A stretch of 64,000 bases of DNA. Origin: Octopus sinensis. Its lineage: Eukaryota. Below are positions 40,563 through 54,100 of this stretch, piece by piece; within the stretch, counting starts at the first letter, position 1, and each line of letters starts with the position of its first letter. The stretch lies in contig NC_043008.1 in NCBI RefSeq assembly GCF_006345805.1, positions 66,960,001 through 67,024,000 on the forward strand, in the 5' to 3' direction. The translations under genes were made by a program, and so were the position numbers. The notes beneath the pieces were generated by a model, which was not told where the DNA came from, ran no database searches, and saw nothing but the letters and a program-made list of their open reading frames with translations.

Positions 40563-43500
40563 ATATATATATAATGTTCTCTGTATCCTTCTCCAGCTGA
40601 GCATTCCTAATCTTGAAGACTCATGGGTGCTGGTTCCACGTAAATGCACCTGTGTGCCACTGCTGCATAAAAACACCCAATCCAACCTGTATAGTGGTTG
40701 GTGTTAGGAAGGGCATCCAGTTGTAAAAACCATGCCAAAACAGACATGGTGCTTGGGAAGCTCTTCAGCTGACTAGCTCATGTCAAACCATCCAACCCAT
40801 GCATGCATGGAAAACAGATGTTGAATGATGATGATGATGATATGTATATAAAATGTATGTACGTGTGTGTGTGCGTGTGTATTTGTGTCTTTGTCTCCCA
40901 TCATCACTTGACAACCAGTGTTGGTGTGTTTATGTCCCTGTAACTCAGCATTTCTGCAAAAGAGACCAATGGAATAAGTATGAAGCTTAAAAAAATAAAA
41001 TAAAATTCTTCAAGGCAGTGCCCCAGCATGGCCGCAGTTTAATGACTGAAGCAAATAAAAGGTAAAGGAGTAAAGAATACCTCCAAGTGTTACTTTTCAT
41101 GATTCAGATTGTCTTGATATTATATTAACTTACAAACTACTTAAATCCAAACTCACAAAGGTTTTTTACTTGAAAATGCATCTCTTGGTGTACCTTAATT
41201 TTTCACTTTTTACTTGCTTCAGTCATTGAACTGTGGCCATGCTGGGGCATGGCTTTGAAGGGTTTAGTTGAAAAAAAATCAACCACAAGAGTTATTTTTA
41301 AGTCTGGTACTTACTTATTCAGTCAAACAAAATGTTTGCCAAACTGCTGAGTTATGTGGGTGTAAACAAACCAACACCAATTGTCAACCAGTGGTGGTGG
41401 TACAAACACAAAAACATGCACACACACATGTACATTCAACAGGCTTCCTCACAGTTTCCATCTACCAATTTCACTGACAAGGCATTTGTTGGCTCAGGGC
41501 TATAGTAGAAGACAGATGCCTAAGGTACCACACAGTGGGACTAAATCGAAAACTACATGACTACAAAGTGAGCTTTTTAACCATAGTCATGTCTATGCTT
41601 ATGTATCTTAAACAATAATTATATTAATTGCTTCAAGCTAAAGAAACATTTGTTGATGCATCCAGTTGTAAAAAAAAACTATGTCAAAGCAGACCTTGCC
41701 AGTGCTGGTGCCACAAGAAAAGCATCCAGTTCACTCTGTAAAATGGATGTTAGGAAGGACATCCAGCCATGAAAATTATACCTAAATAGACCTCGCCAGT
41801 ACTGGTGCCATGTGAAGAACACTCAGTCTACTCTGTAAAGTGGTTGGTATTAGGAAGGGCATCCAGCCATATAAAACATGCCAAAACAAACAGTGGAGTT
41901 TGATGCAGTCCTCTGGCTTGCAAGCACATGTCAAGTCATCCAACCCATGGAAAACAGACAGCAAATGGTGATGATGATGATGATGATGATCGTGATGATG
42001 GTGATGATGATGATGATGATTGTAGTAATATGTCTACATAAATTTGAGAAATTTCAATTTTAATTTTGTGTCATTTCATGCTCTGCTAACACCATGTGAC
42101 TACCATTGCGATTGTAATATCAACTTGGTGGATTGAAATTCTCCATCATTTATTCTTCCAGTTGATGAAGCTTTGTGTGGCATTTCCACAAGTGCATTTC
42201 ATTCACAGAAACGTAATGTGTTCCAATATGAAATATACACGTTAGTAAATATATAATGTTGATTGATTTTGCTGGGTTTTTTTATATTCAGTTTATATAT
42301 TTATAGTATTAAGTTATATAGTACTGAGCCGAGTTCATTATGCATTCCCATAAAATTTCTTAGTTTAAAATGTATTCCTGGTGTATTTTGAGCAATAATT
42401 ACTTATATACAAACAAACAAACAAACAAACACATATACACATCTATAGATATTAATAAGTGTACACTGTGTATGTGTGTGCCTATGTATGTATGTAGGTA
42501 CATTATATGTATATGTATGTAGGTAAGTAGGTGTGCTTGAATGTATGTGTATATATGTATATACATATGTAGGCATGTCTATATATATATAAATATATAA
42601 ATGTGTATGTATGCATACAGGTATGAATGTGTGTTTGAATGCATGTATATGTATGTATGTAGGTATGGACATATGTACGTACATATGTATATATCTAGAG
42701 ATGATTCGTGGCATTAATAACAAACGAAATTCACAATCCTTTGAACGTCAATCAATACAATATGGCTGTATGAATTGTGTGTGTATATATGTATACATGC
42801 ATGTGTGTGTGTGCGAGTGTGTTTGTGTGTATGTGTGTACACGTATACACACACACATACATGCATATGTACATATAGATACTCACACATGCACACACTC
42901 GCACAATGACATACCACAGCCATAAGCAATCCTTTGAACATCAATGAATTAATATGGATGAAAGTGAGAATATTTGTGTGTGTGTGTGAGTGTGCACGTA
43001 CACACATGTACAAGCGTGTGTGTGTGTAAGAGTACACTGACACAGCCATATTGATTGACTTTCAAAGGTTTGCTGACTTCGTTTGTTCAATCATGCCATA
43101 AACTGTATCTCTGTTTTGGCAGGGAGGTAAATTCTCTCACAGAACAATCTCCAGATTTGTGTTCAAATCACAACAGAGATGTCTCTTATTATTGTTTTTT
43201 TTTTTCATTTTATAGCTGGTTTGGTGATGACACAACTGGAAGTAGAGTTATGGTTAAAGGTCCAACTCACCATAATACACTAATACAGGTAACTTTTGTG
43301 TTCACTTGATATACAAGAAATAGCTATTAAATCTCCCTCAAATCATGCTCTACTATCTTAGAATATGTGATCCAGGGGTTACATTCATGTAGTAAAAAAA
43401 ATTGTATCTAGATCTACTCAATCAAGGCTGACCTGGAGCTAAACAACAGCTGAAGTCTGTCACATACAGTAAGGGGGCCTATATGTAGTAGTTTAAGCTG

Positions 43501-43789
43501 TTAGAAATAGCAGCTAAGTCTCCCTCAGATTACACATTACTATCTTAGAAAAGCAAGTAACAATAGATAATGTAATCCTAGATATACAATATCTGAAATA
43601 AAATGAGATGGTCATGGCTGGAATGTCTTTCATCATGGGCCTGCTTAATGAGAGCTGACCTGTAGCTAAACAACATAGTACAATGAGCCAATGATGAAGC
43701 CTCTATGTGGCCATAAGATCTGCTGGAAACAACAGCTGTCAATTCTACTTCAAATTCTACAACCTTCCTGCCTTCAAAATAGAACACAT

Positions 43790-44345
43790 TTGATAAATGT
43801 AGCCATGGAGATCGTTTCTTTCTTCAGGTTCCACATTCAGGTTATCTCTATTTCCAGATCTATGTATTGCAAGAGCTTCTGCATTTCTTCTAGAGATGCA
43901 TTGTCAATGGATGGGACTGATATAGTGATTGGAAGGCATTTTTGTTTTTCTTCGTGATCCTTGACAACAATTGGGTGATTAACTTTGCTCTCCCTGTTTG
44001 TGCTGGCACATCCCAGACCCTGGTTATTTTGTCATTTTCTGAAACCTTTTCTGGAGTATGCTTATACCATCTTTTTTCTGTTAGCATTCCAGTGATGACG
44101 CAACTCCCAGTGTAAGTCCCAAATCTGTCATGTTTGTAGAGATTCCACATTTATTATATACTACTCCATTATATATATTTTGGTAGTTTCTGGTGGGGAG
44201 GCTTTTATCTTGTGCCACAATTAAGAACCCTTCAGTCTTTGCTTTGAGTCCTGCACTTCTCAGCTAGTGTTGAGATTTTACTTTATTTCTCTTCTGTTCA
44301 GTTTATTCCAGTATTTTCCATGAAGGGGCTTTTTCTCACCATTGT
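43790..44345 (-). mobile_element. Decayed R4/Dong-like LINE C-terminal region
   Basis: Frames include KPLHGKYW, LRSAGLKAKTEGFLIVAQDKSLPTRNY, RWYKHTPEKVSENDK...WD and YIDLEIEIT*MW. Confidence 0.85.
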
Positions 44346-47300
44346 TTTATCATGGCATTCTTGTTGTTGTTGTTGGTCTTCTTGTCCTTCTTCTTATTCT
44401 TAATAATAATAATAATCCTTTCAACAATAGGCACAAGGCCTGAAATTTTGGTGGGAGGGGACTAATCAATTACATCGACCCTAGTGTTTTACTGGCACTT
44501 AATTTATTGACCCTGAAAGGATGAAAGGCAAAGTCGACCTCAGCGAACCCAGAACATGAAGACAGATGTAGTAGTAGTAGTAGTAGTAGTAATAATTATT
44601 ATTATTGTTATTATGATGATGATGATGATGATGATGGGCTCACCCATCAAAGACAAGATATGAATGCTCAGCTTTTTGCAGAACAGCCTGCACAAATGAT
44701 TTGTTTATAGTGGTCAAATGTATGCACTGTACATAAGCTTAATCCTGCCATCAAATTGGTGTTGTCTGAACAGGTGCACGGTGTACCATACATCAGGTGT
44801 TGAAGCGATTGCAAAGCAACATGAGATGAAGTGTTTTGCTCAAGAACACAATGCACCACCCAGTCTAGGAACTGAAACCACGATCTTGTGATTGTAAGTG
44901 CAACACCCTAACCATGAGGTCATGTGCCCTCAATAAAAAAAATAATAATAATGATATTCTTGAGTTCAAATTCTGCCATGGTCCGCTTTACCTTTTATCC
45001 TTTTGGTCACTGAAATTGGTACCAGTTGAGTTTTGAGGCTGATGTAACCAGCTAGCCATTCTTCTAACGTTTCAGACCTTGTACTTATAGTTTCATGCTT
45101 ACATTAAATTATGAGATTTCACTGTTATCTCTTCTAGTTAATTTAATTCCGTTTTTTTAAACCCTTAAAATGCATGTTAATCTCATGTTGTTTCACTTCA
45201 TATACTCTTTTACTTGTTTCAGTCATTTGACTGCGGCCATGCTGGAGTACCGCCTTTAATCGAGCAACTTGACTCCGGGACTTATTCTTTGTAAGCCCAG
45301 TACTTATTCTATTGGTCTCCCTTGCTGAACCACTAAGTGACGAGGACATAAACGCACCAGCATCGGTTGTCAAGCAATGCTAGGGGGACAAACTCAGACA
45401 CACAAACATACCCGCACACATATATATACATATATACATATATACAATGGGCTTCTTTCAGTTTCCGTCTACCAAATCCACTCACAAGGCTTTGGTCGGC
45501 CCGAGGCTAGAAGACACTTGCCCAAGGTGCCACACAGTGGGACTGAACCCGGAACCATGTGGTTGGTAAACAAGCTACCTACCACACAGCCACTCCTGTG
45601 CCTATATATGTATGAAAAATTTCTAACTTTTGCTGACAAGCTGTATTCAGATTGAATTTTATAAGACGACTGTCTTCATGAGAAAAGATAAGCTGTACTA
45701 AAATCTCTTGTTCATAGTATATTATAAGATTTTTTATGCAGTACCCCAAGAGGTACATTATATGACTAATATATGTTAGGATGACATATGAACCATATGT
45801 CATCCTAACATTATGTGTCACTGCTAATCTTGCGAGATTCGAGTTTCATTCAAAAATGATTTGCCCTGGCTTTCCATGTCACATTATGGCCGAACATGTG
45901 TGAAGTGAAGTGAAATATTTATAACTTACACTGGAAATAAGTTCACTGATGTGGGAGCTTAACCCTTGCCTTAACATCATTTGCCAAACAAATAACATTA
46001 ACAATAATTAGCTCTGACATTTCCTAAAAAAATTAGGAAGAAAAAAGTTTGGAATTTGTAAAAAGAAAATTTTAAAATATTTACTTTGACAGCTTCGGAA
46101 ATTTCTTTTGCAACCAAACAATAGACAACAGATCAATATATTATCTAAAAATATTGCACATCATTTCCGAAAATTCTAGAAAAAATTGTTTTACAATGAT
46201 AAGAGAAACTTGTGCACTGTTTATTTACGTATTTGTTCAACATTTATTATTATTGTTGATGTTATTGTTATTATTATTTGTTTACATTTTATCTCTGTTT
46301 TTGGTATTATTTTCTTCTTTATTTTGATTTCATTATTTCATCTGGAGAAAAAGTAGTAAAGTTGCAGAAAGAGTTGATGAATAATTGACTGAGATAGTAT
46401 TTTTAGTATCCAGGTATGTTCCCAGTATGGTATGAGTTTAAAGTTACACTGAGGGAAATCAGGAGCAAATTTGCCTTTCACACCCTTGAGACTTATAAAA
46501 CTTTGTTGCAGAATGGTAGCTGGATTCCATTCCATTGACTAGATCTATCACCACAACACAGCACCATGACCACACAAAAGAATGCATCCATGATTTTTGT
46601 GCCAATGTACAAAAGTCCTTAATTTTTAACTCATAATATGGGTATTGAGCAGGCAGAAATAGCAGAATAAAAGACAGAATGCCATATATTGTTTTTAATT
46701 CTTTCACAGGTTTCAGTCAGTGGAATGTGGCAATACTGGAGCACCACCTTCAAGGAGTTGATGTCTATTATATCAATCACTACTTATTTTATCAATCTCT
46801 ATGGAAGTTTTAAGTTTACTTTAGTTATAAATGGATGAGAATTGACACAATTTAACATCATTTCATCTCACACGTACACTTCAACATTAAATGATCTAAT
46901 AAAAAAAATGAGGTAAAAATTATGATAGATGGCAGAACTATTTAAATGTAAGAAGCAGAGCCCCTTATGTGCACAGACTTAAATTAGAAATATATGATTA
47001 ATTATAAAAGAAGGTAGACATTAGAGAAGAATAAAGAAATTCTTTGATCAGGCCTAATAACAAGACAAAATCAGAAACAACAGGCCCTCTATAAAATGAA
47101 AAAGAGGAACAACATAATGTAACATCTTTATACAAGAATAAGTTATTTTGGAAAATTACTCAGGGACAACTTAGCATAAAAAGTGATATAGTCAAGTTTG
47201 TATTACAATATTTGATGATAATGAGTAAAAAAAGCTAATTTGAATGTATTATGCAATGAGGAAAAGGCAACATTATTCAATGCCTAATAGCATTTTAATT

Positions 47301-47602
47301 AAATTTAAATAATGAAGTCTCGAGATAAAGAATTATCATTATCATACATTGATGTATTCAATTTGTGTCCTCATCTTGGTTGTTACACTTATTGTTTTGG
47401 TCTCCAGCCTTCTTCAGGTAGACATAATTTTTAATAATGTTCTTAGGATTTCAGTCAGAGCTCTTTATTAAATCTACAGCATGGTAGAGGTACGTTGTTC
47501 TCAAATTGGACGATGGGATAGTGAGTATAAGCTAGTGCTTTCTTAAGCAGTTGCCTAGTGGGGGGGGGGAGCTCACAAATCTAAGGGTTCAGTTGTGATC
47601 TA

Positions 47603-48498
47603 TGAGGTAGTACCAAAAAGTTCCTGGACTAGTTACATTTCATAAAATATAACTTATTTAAGTTTTAACATTAACTCCTTTGAAATAGTCACCTTGCACA
47701 ACAATACACTGGTCCCAGTGTTCCTGCTACTTTTGGAAACTAGCCTGGAGGTAGTTTTTGGTAAGTGAATCAAGGACTTTCTGCAATTCACTCTTAGCCT
47801 CAACAAGTGTTAAAACAGTGACCTTTGAGCTGCATTTTCCTGGAAGTTTGCAGGTGCTAAATCTTGCAAATAGGGCATGTGTGGAAATGATACCGTATTG
47901 TTTTTGGCAAGAAACTCACAAGTGAAGAGAGCTTGGTGACAGGGTGTATTGTCACTTTGAAGAATCTCATTCTTTGCACTCCACAGATCTGGTTACTTTT
48001 GCTGAATGTCCTCCCTCAAATGCTTCAGAACTTCCTAGTAGAACTCTCAATTGATTTTTTGGCCTTAGGGGACGAATTCTCAATGCATAATACCACATTT
48101 CCAGGGGTGATACTCGAGGTAGGTCTTCCAGATCACTCATTGTCTTCCAGGGACATTCTTTTGCTTTTGAAGCACCCATGTCACTCAAAACATTGCCTCA
48201 TTGCTATAAGCTTGCTGAAGTATGCTCAATATCTCTGTAGTAGACTTCCCAAGTTTAATGCAAAATTTCACATCAACTCTTTGTTCTAACTTCCTGTCCA
48301 TGACAAAACTTGCAGACTACAGCATACACATGATCATAAAAAAAAACAGATTTCACACCTTTCAAAGTAAACACTGCAGTGTCACTTGGCTTACTGCCCC
48401 ATGAATGTCACTGCTAGCTCTCACAGCAAATGCAAACATGTGCTGCCATCTGTTGGCACACTACAGAACTAGTCCAGAAACTTCTGTATACCACCTCA
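47603..48498 (-). mobile_element. Internally deleted mariner element
   Basis: Has TA-flanked TIRs of about 30 bp (tgaggtagtaccaaaaagttcctggactagt / actagtccagaaacttctgtataccacctca). Transposase remnants include an F..G..s.eD..RSG-like segment and a SPDL-type segment. Confidence 0.8.
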
Positions 48499-49422
48499 TA
48501 TGTATGCTGTGGCTTATTGTCAATATATAAATACTATAGATTCCAGTGCTTTGATTTGCCTGGAGCCTAAGTAATACTGCTAAGACAGCCCTGGTCTAAG
48601 CATTGATATATAGTGTTAAGTGTAATAGTTTAGTTGGTGGGCATGAGTTCAAATTCTAGGATAGTCAAATAATATATACTCTGATTCAAGTGGTACAAGC
48701 AGGCAATATCACAAATAGGATGATAGCTAAAAAGGAGAATACCCCTGGTTTAGACAATGGAATGAGGACAATTCCCCTTTTCCCATAAGAGGTCTGGTCC
48801 ATAATTCTGAAAATATGAAGGGCACCTGAAAATGGCTGGATACATTTACTGAAACAATATGACTTCAACAGCCAAGGTGAGATCACTAGTCCATCTATAA
48901 CAGCATGATATTATTTCATTAACTAATTATCGTTAAAATATATTTCTTCATTCTCTTGTCACAGCTTCAGCAATTTCAATTTAATGAGGAGATTTAATAA
49001 AGCTGAAATATATCTGAAGTTGTCTCCCATACTTGTTGAAATACAATAACATTACTCAATGCTGAATGTTGTCTTTTCATTGCCACATAAGAGTTTCTAA
49101 CTACTTTCTCAATGTTTCCTGAATTAAATATGCTGATACTTTATTTGTGTAATAGCTTTATGTTATGATTAAATGTCTTAAACAATTTGTGGTTAATAAG
49201 ATTATGTTTTGGATTATAAAATCATCTTTAGAGATGAAAAAAAACATTATATTTATGTCTACTGATTCAAATACACTCTAGTATTACTAATTATAATACT
49301 CTACATGGCTTCATTTTTTTAAATAATTATTTTCAGTTTTATTAATTTATTTTGAAATTTGAAATGCAAAGACATATATTTTAGATAAATGTAAAATTTA
49401 GCTTTGCTCAGCAAAGAAAATA

Positions 49423-49965
49423 CAGAGGTTCTCAATGGTTCTCAACAAGGGTGAATATGACCCTTGGTGGGTCCATATAAGATTTTGTTGTTAAAATCTA
49501 TGTGCAATAAACTGGTTACAATACACAAAATATTTTAATAATTTTTTACACGATTCCTTATAAAATTTAAGTATAAAGATATAAGATATTTTTTCAAACA
49601 GTGAATGACTATGAGGGTCCACCTGGTAAAGGTAAAGTTACCTTCTCAAGTCATACTGACTGATAAGGGCCAGTTTCCTGGTTTCAAGGTGTATATATTC
49701 CCCACCTGGATGGGATACCAGTCTGTTGCAGGATTATTCATTTCTGCCAATTGAGTGGACTGGAGCAATGTCTAAATGGAGTGTCCTGCTCAAGAGCACA
49801 ATCCGTTGCATAGTTCAGGAATTGAAACAACAATCTTATAATCATGAGTCCAACACCCTAACCACTAAGCCATGCACCTCCACAAGGGTGGGGATTCACC
49901 TGAATAAAATAGGGATCAAAGGGCTCCATTGGTAAAATATGGTGGAAAACCACAAGGCTAAAACA
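49423..49965. mobile_element. hAT-type MITE interrupted by a family C SINE
   Basis: Has cagaggttctcaa... and ...ggtggaaaaccac ends. Similar hAT-like MITEs are at about 18310-18930 and 22445-22990. Confidence 0.5.
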
Positions 49966-50299
49966 ATGTTTTCACTCGATGTATGCAGAAAAAAATCATC
50001 GTGGGATGGACATCTTTGTCTAGTAAGCAATAGGTTCATGGTTAGTAGTTTTTGTTTTTTTCATAATTTCATGCATTTAGTATAGAAATGTATTGGTTAA
50101 AGATAGATGTGAAATAATTTAGATGATACAGAATTAAGGGAGAATAGAAATATTGCAACTTCAAAATGATTTTTATTGTATGTCATTTAGCAATTAGGAA
50201 GTTAACACTAAAATCTACTTTACTTTCTCTTTCTTTGTCCTTCACTCTTTCATTTGTATATATACAAGTGTATACACACACATACACACACACACAACA

Positions 50300-50700
50300 T
50301 TGATTATATAAAGTCCATTCTGTCTGTCTGTGTGTGTGTGTCTTCTAGGATCTCGGGCATCTGATTGCACTCAAATTTGATATGTAGATACCGACTGTAT
50401 CAGGGCATGTATAAGTCTTGAAAAAAATTACAAAAATCGATTCCAGGCGAGAATGCGATCGATAAAGCTGTGAGAACGTGCATTTGTACGCGCAAGTACA
50501 TCAGCTGTTGCAATCAATACTACATGTATGCGAGAAAAATGCACGTACAGTTTGCGCAAAAATAGCCGGCTGGCTTGAAATAATGCCACAACCACCCCCC
50601 TTTATGGGATGGTCGGACAAGTTGTTTTGAGAAAATTTGGTTTAAATGTTTGACAACTCAGCACTGTCCATTGGACAGGGGGGCGTTTTGCTCGTCACAT
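50300..50700 (+). mobile_element. Helentron/DINE-1-like non-autonomous element
   Basis: Starts with tatataaag followed by a (CTGT)n/(GT)n microsatellite, and has a 3' hairpin ctgtcc-att-ggacag. Confidence 0.5.
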
Positions 50701-50779
50701 ATAAACACATAGACACATTAGATACATACACACACTATTATTCATACCCTACATCTGGTGTTCAGCACATTCTTCTTTC

Positions 50780-51970
50780 ATTACCACTGACATAATGTAT
50801 ACATAACTTTTAAGGACCACAAGGCTAACATTATCTTCAACACCAAAAGTAGATTCATCAACTCATTCATAAGTGAATTGAAAATCATTAGCAAATTCAT
50901 CTGTGACACTAACCAGAAAATTAGAAGCATGGTGAAATTAGATGAGCAATGGAATTGCAATTAAATGGTTCCATGTCATTGAAAATATAGCAAACTGTAA
51001 ATTTACTCATTTCCATATTGTGAATTTACATTCATTTATATTTTTAAAAATACCTTCCTCAGGAGACCCTGAATTTTAGAGAAACAAGCAATATGATAAG
51101 CAATCTTGACAAGTATATTGGTGAATACTAAGAAGACAATGTTATACCCTTGCTATTGCTAGGGTGTACCCAATATTCAACTTCACCATAGGTAGCTATG
51201 ATGATATTGACATTGAGATAGATGATGTTGTGGGTTTGTTCATCCCTGATACACTTAAAAAGCAAATAGCATCTTAGAAAGCAACTAGCTCTACATCAGG
51301 CCATCATCTCTGCACAGAGATGATGGCAGATTTAGAAAGGGCTTATGAGTATATTTAGGGAGATTCACTTAAATATATTAGTATCAACCTAAGGAAAGTT
51401 AACTTTCTAGATCTTAAGACAGGATCTAAATCTTAAGAACATTTCTACAAGAAACCAAATCAGGAGACGTTTATACATTAAAAAAATGAGTAGCATCAGT
51501 GAGAAGTTAGTTTACGTGGAAAACCACCAACTTCCCTAATCAGAAGAGCGTTAGGAACAAGAAAGTAACCTGGCTTAACACAACCCAGCCCTTATAACTC
51601 AGATATCCTCACAAATATTGCCAAGCATTTCCTACTTTTGTAAGGCAAACCTTCCTGCATACATACAAATACTGTAAGCTCTTTAAGGCATGCAATGTTA
51701 AAGTAAGCTATTCTTGTCTAGACAATACTGCTTCCACCATCAATTACCACAAAAGGAAACATCAAAACAGCCATTTTACAATCGATATTAATCCACTTGT
51801 CTACTCAGAGGATCAACCCTCTTCCACAAGGGTGGTCTAGTGAGTATCAGTGGCACAATCTGACAGTATCCCGAGGAACTAGATGGGCCTCATAGTTTCA
51901 GCTTCCTTGCAGTTATAAAACTATACTTTAAAGCTTCGAAGTCACTATCAAACATGAAAAAAAACAACAG
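50780..51970 (+). mobile_element. Decayed Penelope-like element (RT, linker, start of GIY-YIG)
   Basis: Frames include TFKDHK...RFINS..SEL, IKWF..IEN, KVNFLDL, YKKPN, RNKKVTWLN and KLFKACNVKVSYSCLDN, with many stops. Confidence 0.85.
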
Positions 51971-53387
51971 CAATAAACAAAGGACTCTACTGAAAAGTAT
52001 GGAGCAATACTATGTTTGTTTTTATATGTAACATAAAAACAACCAACACACACACACAACACACACACATAAAATATACAGACAGACAGATATGGGGGAG
52101 GGATTGCTTATGCGCATATCCGTGAGTATTATAAGAGTCTATGTGTATGTTTGTGAGTGAATAGGTGTATGAATGAATGAAAAACATGTATGTAAATAGA
52201 CTAGATGATGATGGTGATGATGAGGAGGAGGGGAGGAGGTGTCGATACAAATGAGGAAGCTTTGTGTTGATGGAAAGGTCAAAAATTAGGTCAAACAATT
52301 TGATCAACAACAATTTAACTACTTCAAATATCTCTTGGCAAAAAAAAAATGTTTATGTGGCATTTTTATTGTTGCTGTTGTAGTTATAGACGTTATTGAT
52401 GGGGTGGGGATGACAGTGAGGGAGGATGGCATTTCAGTTGTTGGGATGCAAAGGAGGTTGATTGTGGAAGTGGATGTTGCTGGTAACAGTGATGCGGTGT
52501 TAATGGCGACATAGTGTGATGCTGGGATAGTCAGGATGCTGAGAGCAGCGGTAGAATTGGTTGCGGTGGTGGTACTTCTAAGCAGTGGTATTGATGATGG
52601 TAGCAGTGGCATTGTATATACACAGTAACAGTGGTGGTAGTGAAGGTGGTGTTTGATGGTGGAGGTGGTTGTTGTTGGTGATGGTGGTGGTGGTAGTGGT
52701 TAGTGGCGGTTGAAGTTGTTGGTGGTAGTTGATGGTTGTTGTTGTTGTTGGTGGTGGTGATGATGGTGGTCTTGTTTATATGTGGTGCTGGTGGTGGCAG
52801 TGGCAGCAACAGTGGTAGCAGTGATCATATACATAGCTGATGGTGGTGGTGGTGGTAATGGTGATGATTTTAAGCATTGCTGATGGTGGTGATGATTATA
52901 TGCAGTATTGGTGGTAGTAGCAGCAGTGGTGGTGATTACATTACACGTGTTGCTGTTGTTGTTGTTGGTGGTGGTGGTGGTGGTGGTAGTGATAGAATTG
53001 GTACGGCTGACTCTGGTGTTTGCCAAACGGTTTTATATCATATTTTATGGGAGGCAGCAGACTTATATAATAAAACAATAAAATGACAATAAAAAAATGC
53101 AAGAAAGATTTGAAATAGATTTTAAAGAGAGACGGAATAGATAACAGGAAAGATAGCATGTCCGTGTGTCTTTGCATACATATATTTTTTTATTAATTAA
53201 CTTTGTTTCAGCCATTTGACCGCGTCAATGAAATTGACCCTAGGACTTATTCTTTGTAAGCCTAATACTTATTCTATTGGTTTCTTTTGCTGAACTGCTA
53301 AGTTACAGAGATGTAAACACACCAACATCGGTTTCTAAGTGATGGTGGCGGGGACAAACACAGACAAAAAAGCACACACATATACAG

Positions 53388-53430
<43 letters not shown>

Positions 53431-54069
53431 ACAGGCTTCTTTCAATTTCCGTCTACCAAATCCACTCACAAGGCTTTTGATCAGCCTGAGACTATAGAGG
53501 AAGACACTTGCCAAAGATGCCACGCAGTGAGACTGAACCCAGAACCATGTGGTTGGGAAGCAAGTTTCTTACCACACAGCCACACCTGTGCCTAAATATA
53601 TATATATATATGTATATACACATAGAAAATGTCTGCTTCTATTATATCATCATCATCATCGTTTAATGTCCGTTTTCCATGCTGGCATGGGTTGGATGGT
53701 TTGACTGGGATCTGGGAAGCCAAGAGGCTGCACCAGGCCCAAATCTGGTCTGGCAGTGTTTCTACAGCTGGATGCCCTTCCTAATGCCAACCATTCCAAG
53801 AGTGTAGTGGGTGCTTTTTACATGCCACCACCACAGAGGCCAGAGGAGCTGGAATCAATCATGATTGGATGGTGCTTTTTATGTGCCACTGGCATGGAAG
53901 CCAGTCTAAGAGGCACTGGCATTGGCCACATTTAGATAGTGCTTTTTACGTGCTGCCGGCACGGGGGTCACAACTACAATTTCCATTTGATTTGATTTTG
54001 ATGTTGATGTAGATGTACTTGACTCAAAAGGTCTCCTCAAGCACGGCAATGTCGCCTTATGTGTGTGTG

Positions 54070-54100
<31 letters not shown>

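Noticed and set aside
42160-42212. Plus-strand small exon candidate (DEALCGISTSAFHSQK)
   Set aside because: It has only splice-like dinucleotides, with no homology or context.
43216-43288. Plus-strand 73-nt exon candidate (WFGDDTTGSRVMVKGPTHHNTLIQ)
   Set aside because: The donor side lies in a family D repeat, the peptide is unrecognised and no partner exons were found.
47385-47540. Functional HHR next to a PLE 3' end on the minus strand
   Set aside because: CTGAAGA is present, but GAAA is mutated and stems I and III do not pair. It is counted only as a decayed relic.
51300-51327. 12-bp GC-rich hairpin as a terminator
   Set aside because: It lies inside a decayed PLE RT region, and rho-independent terminators are not relevant in this genome.
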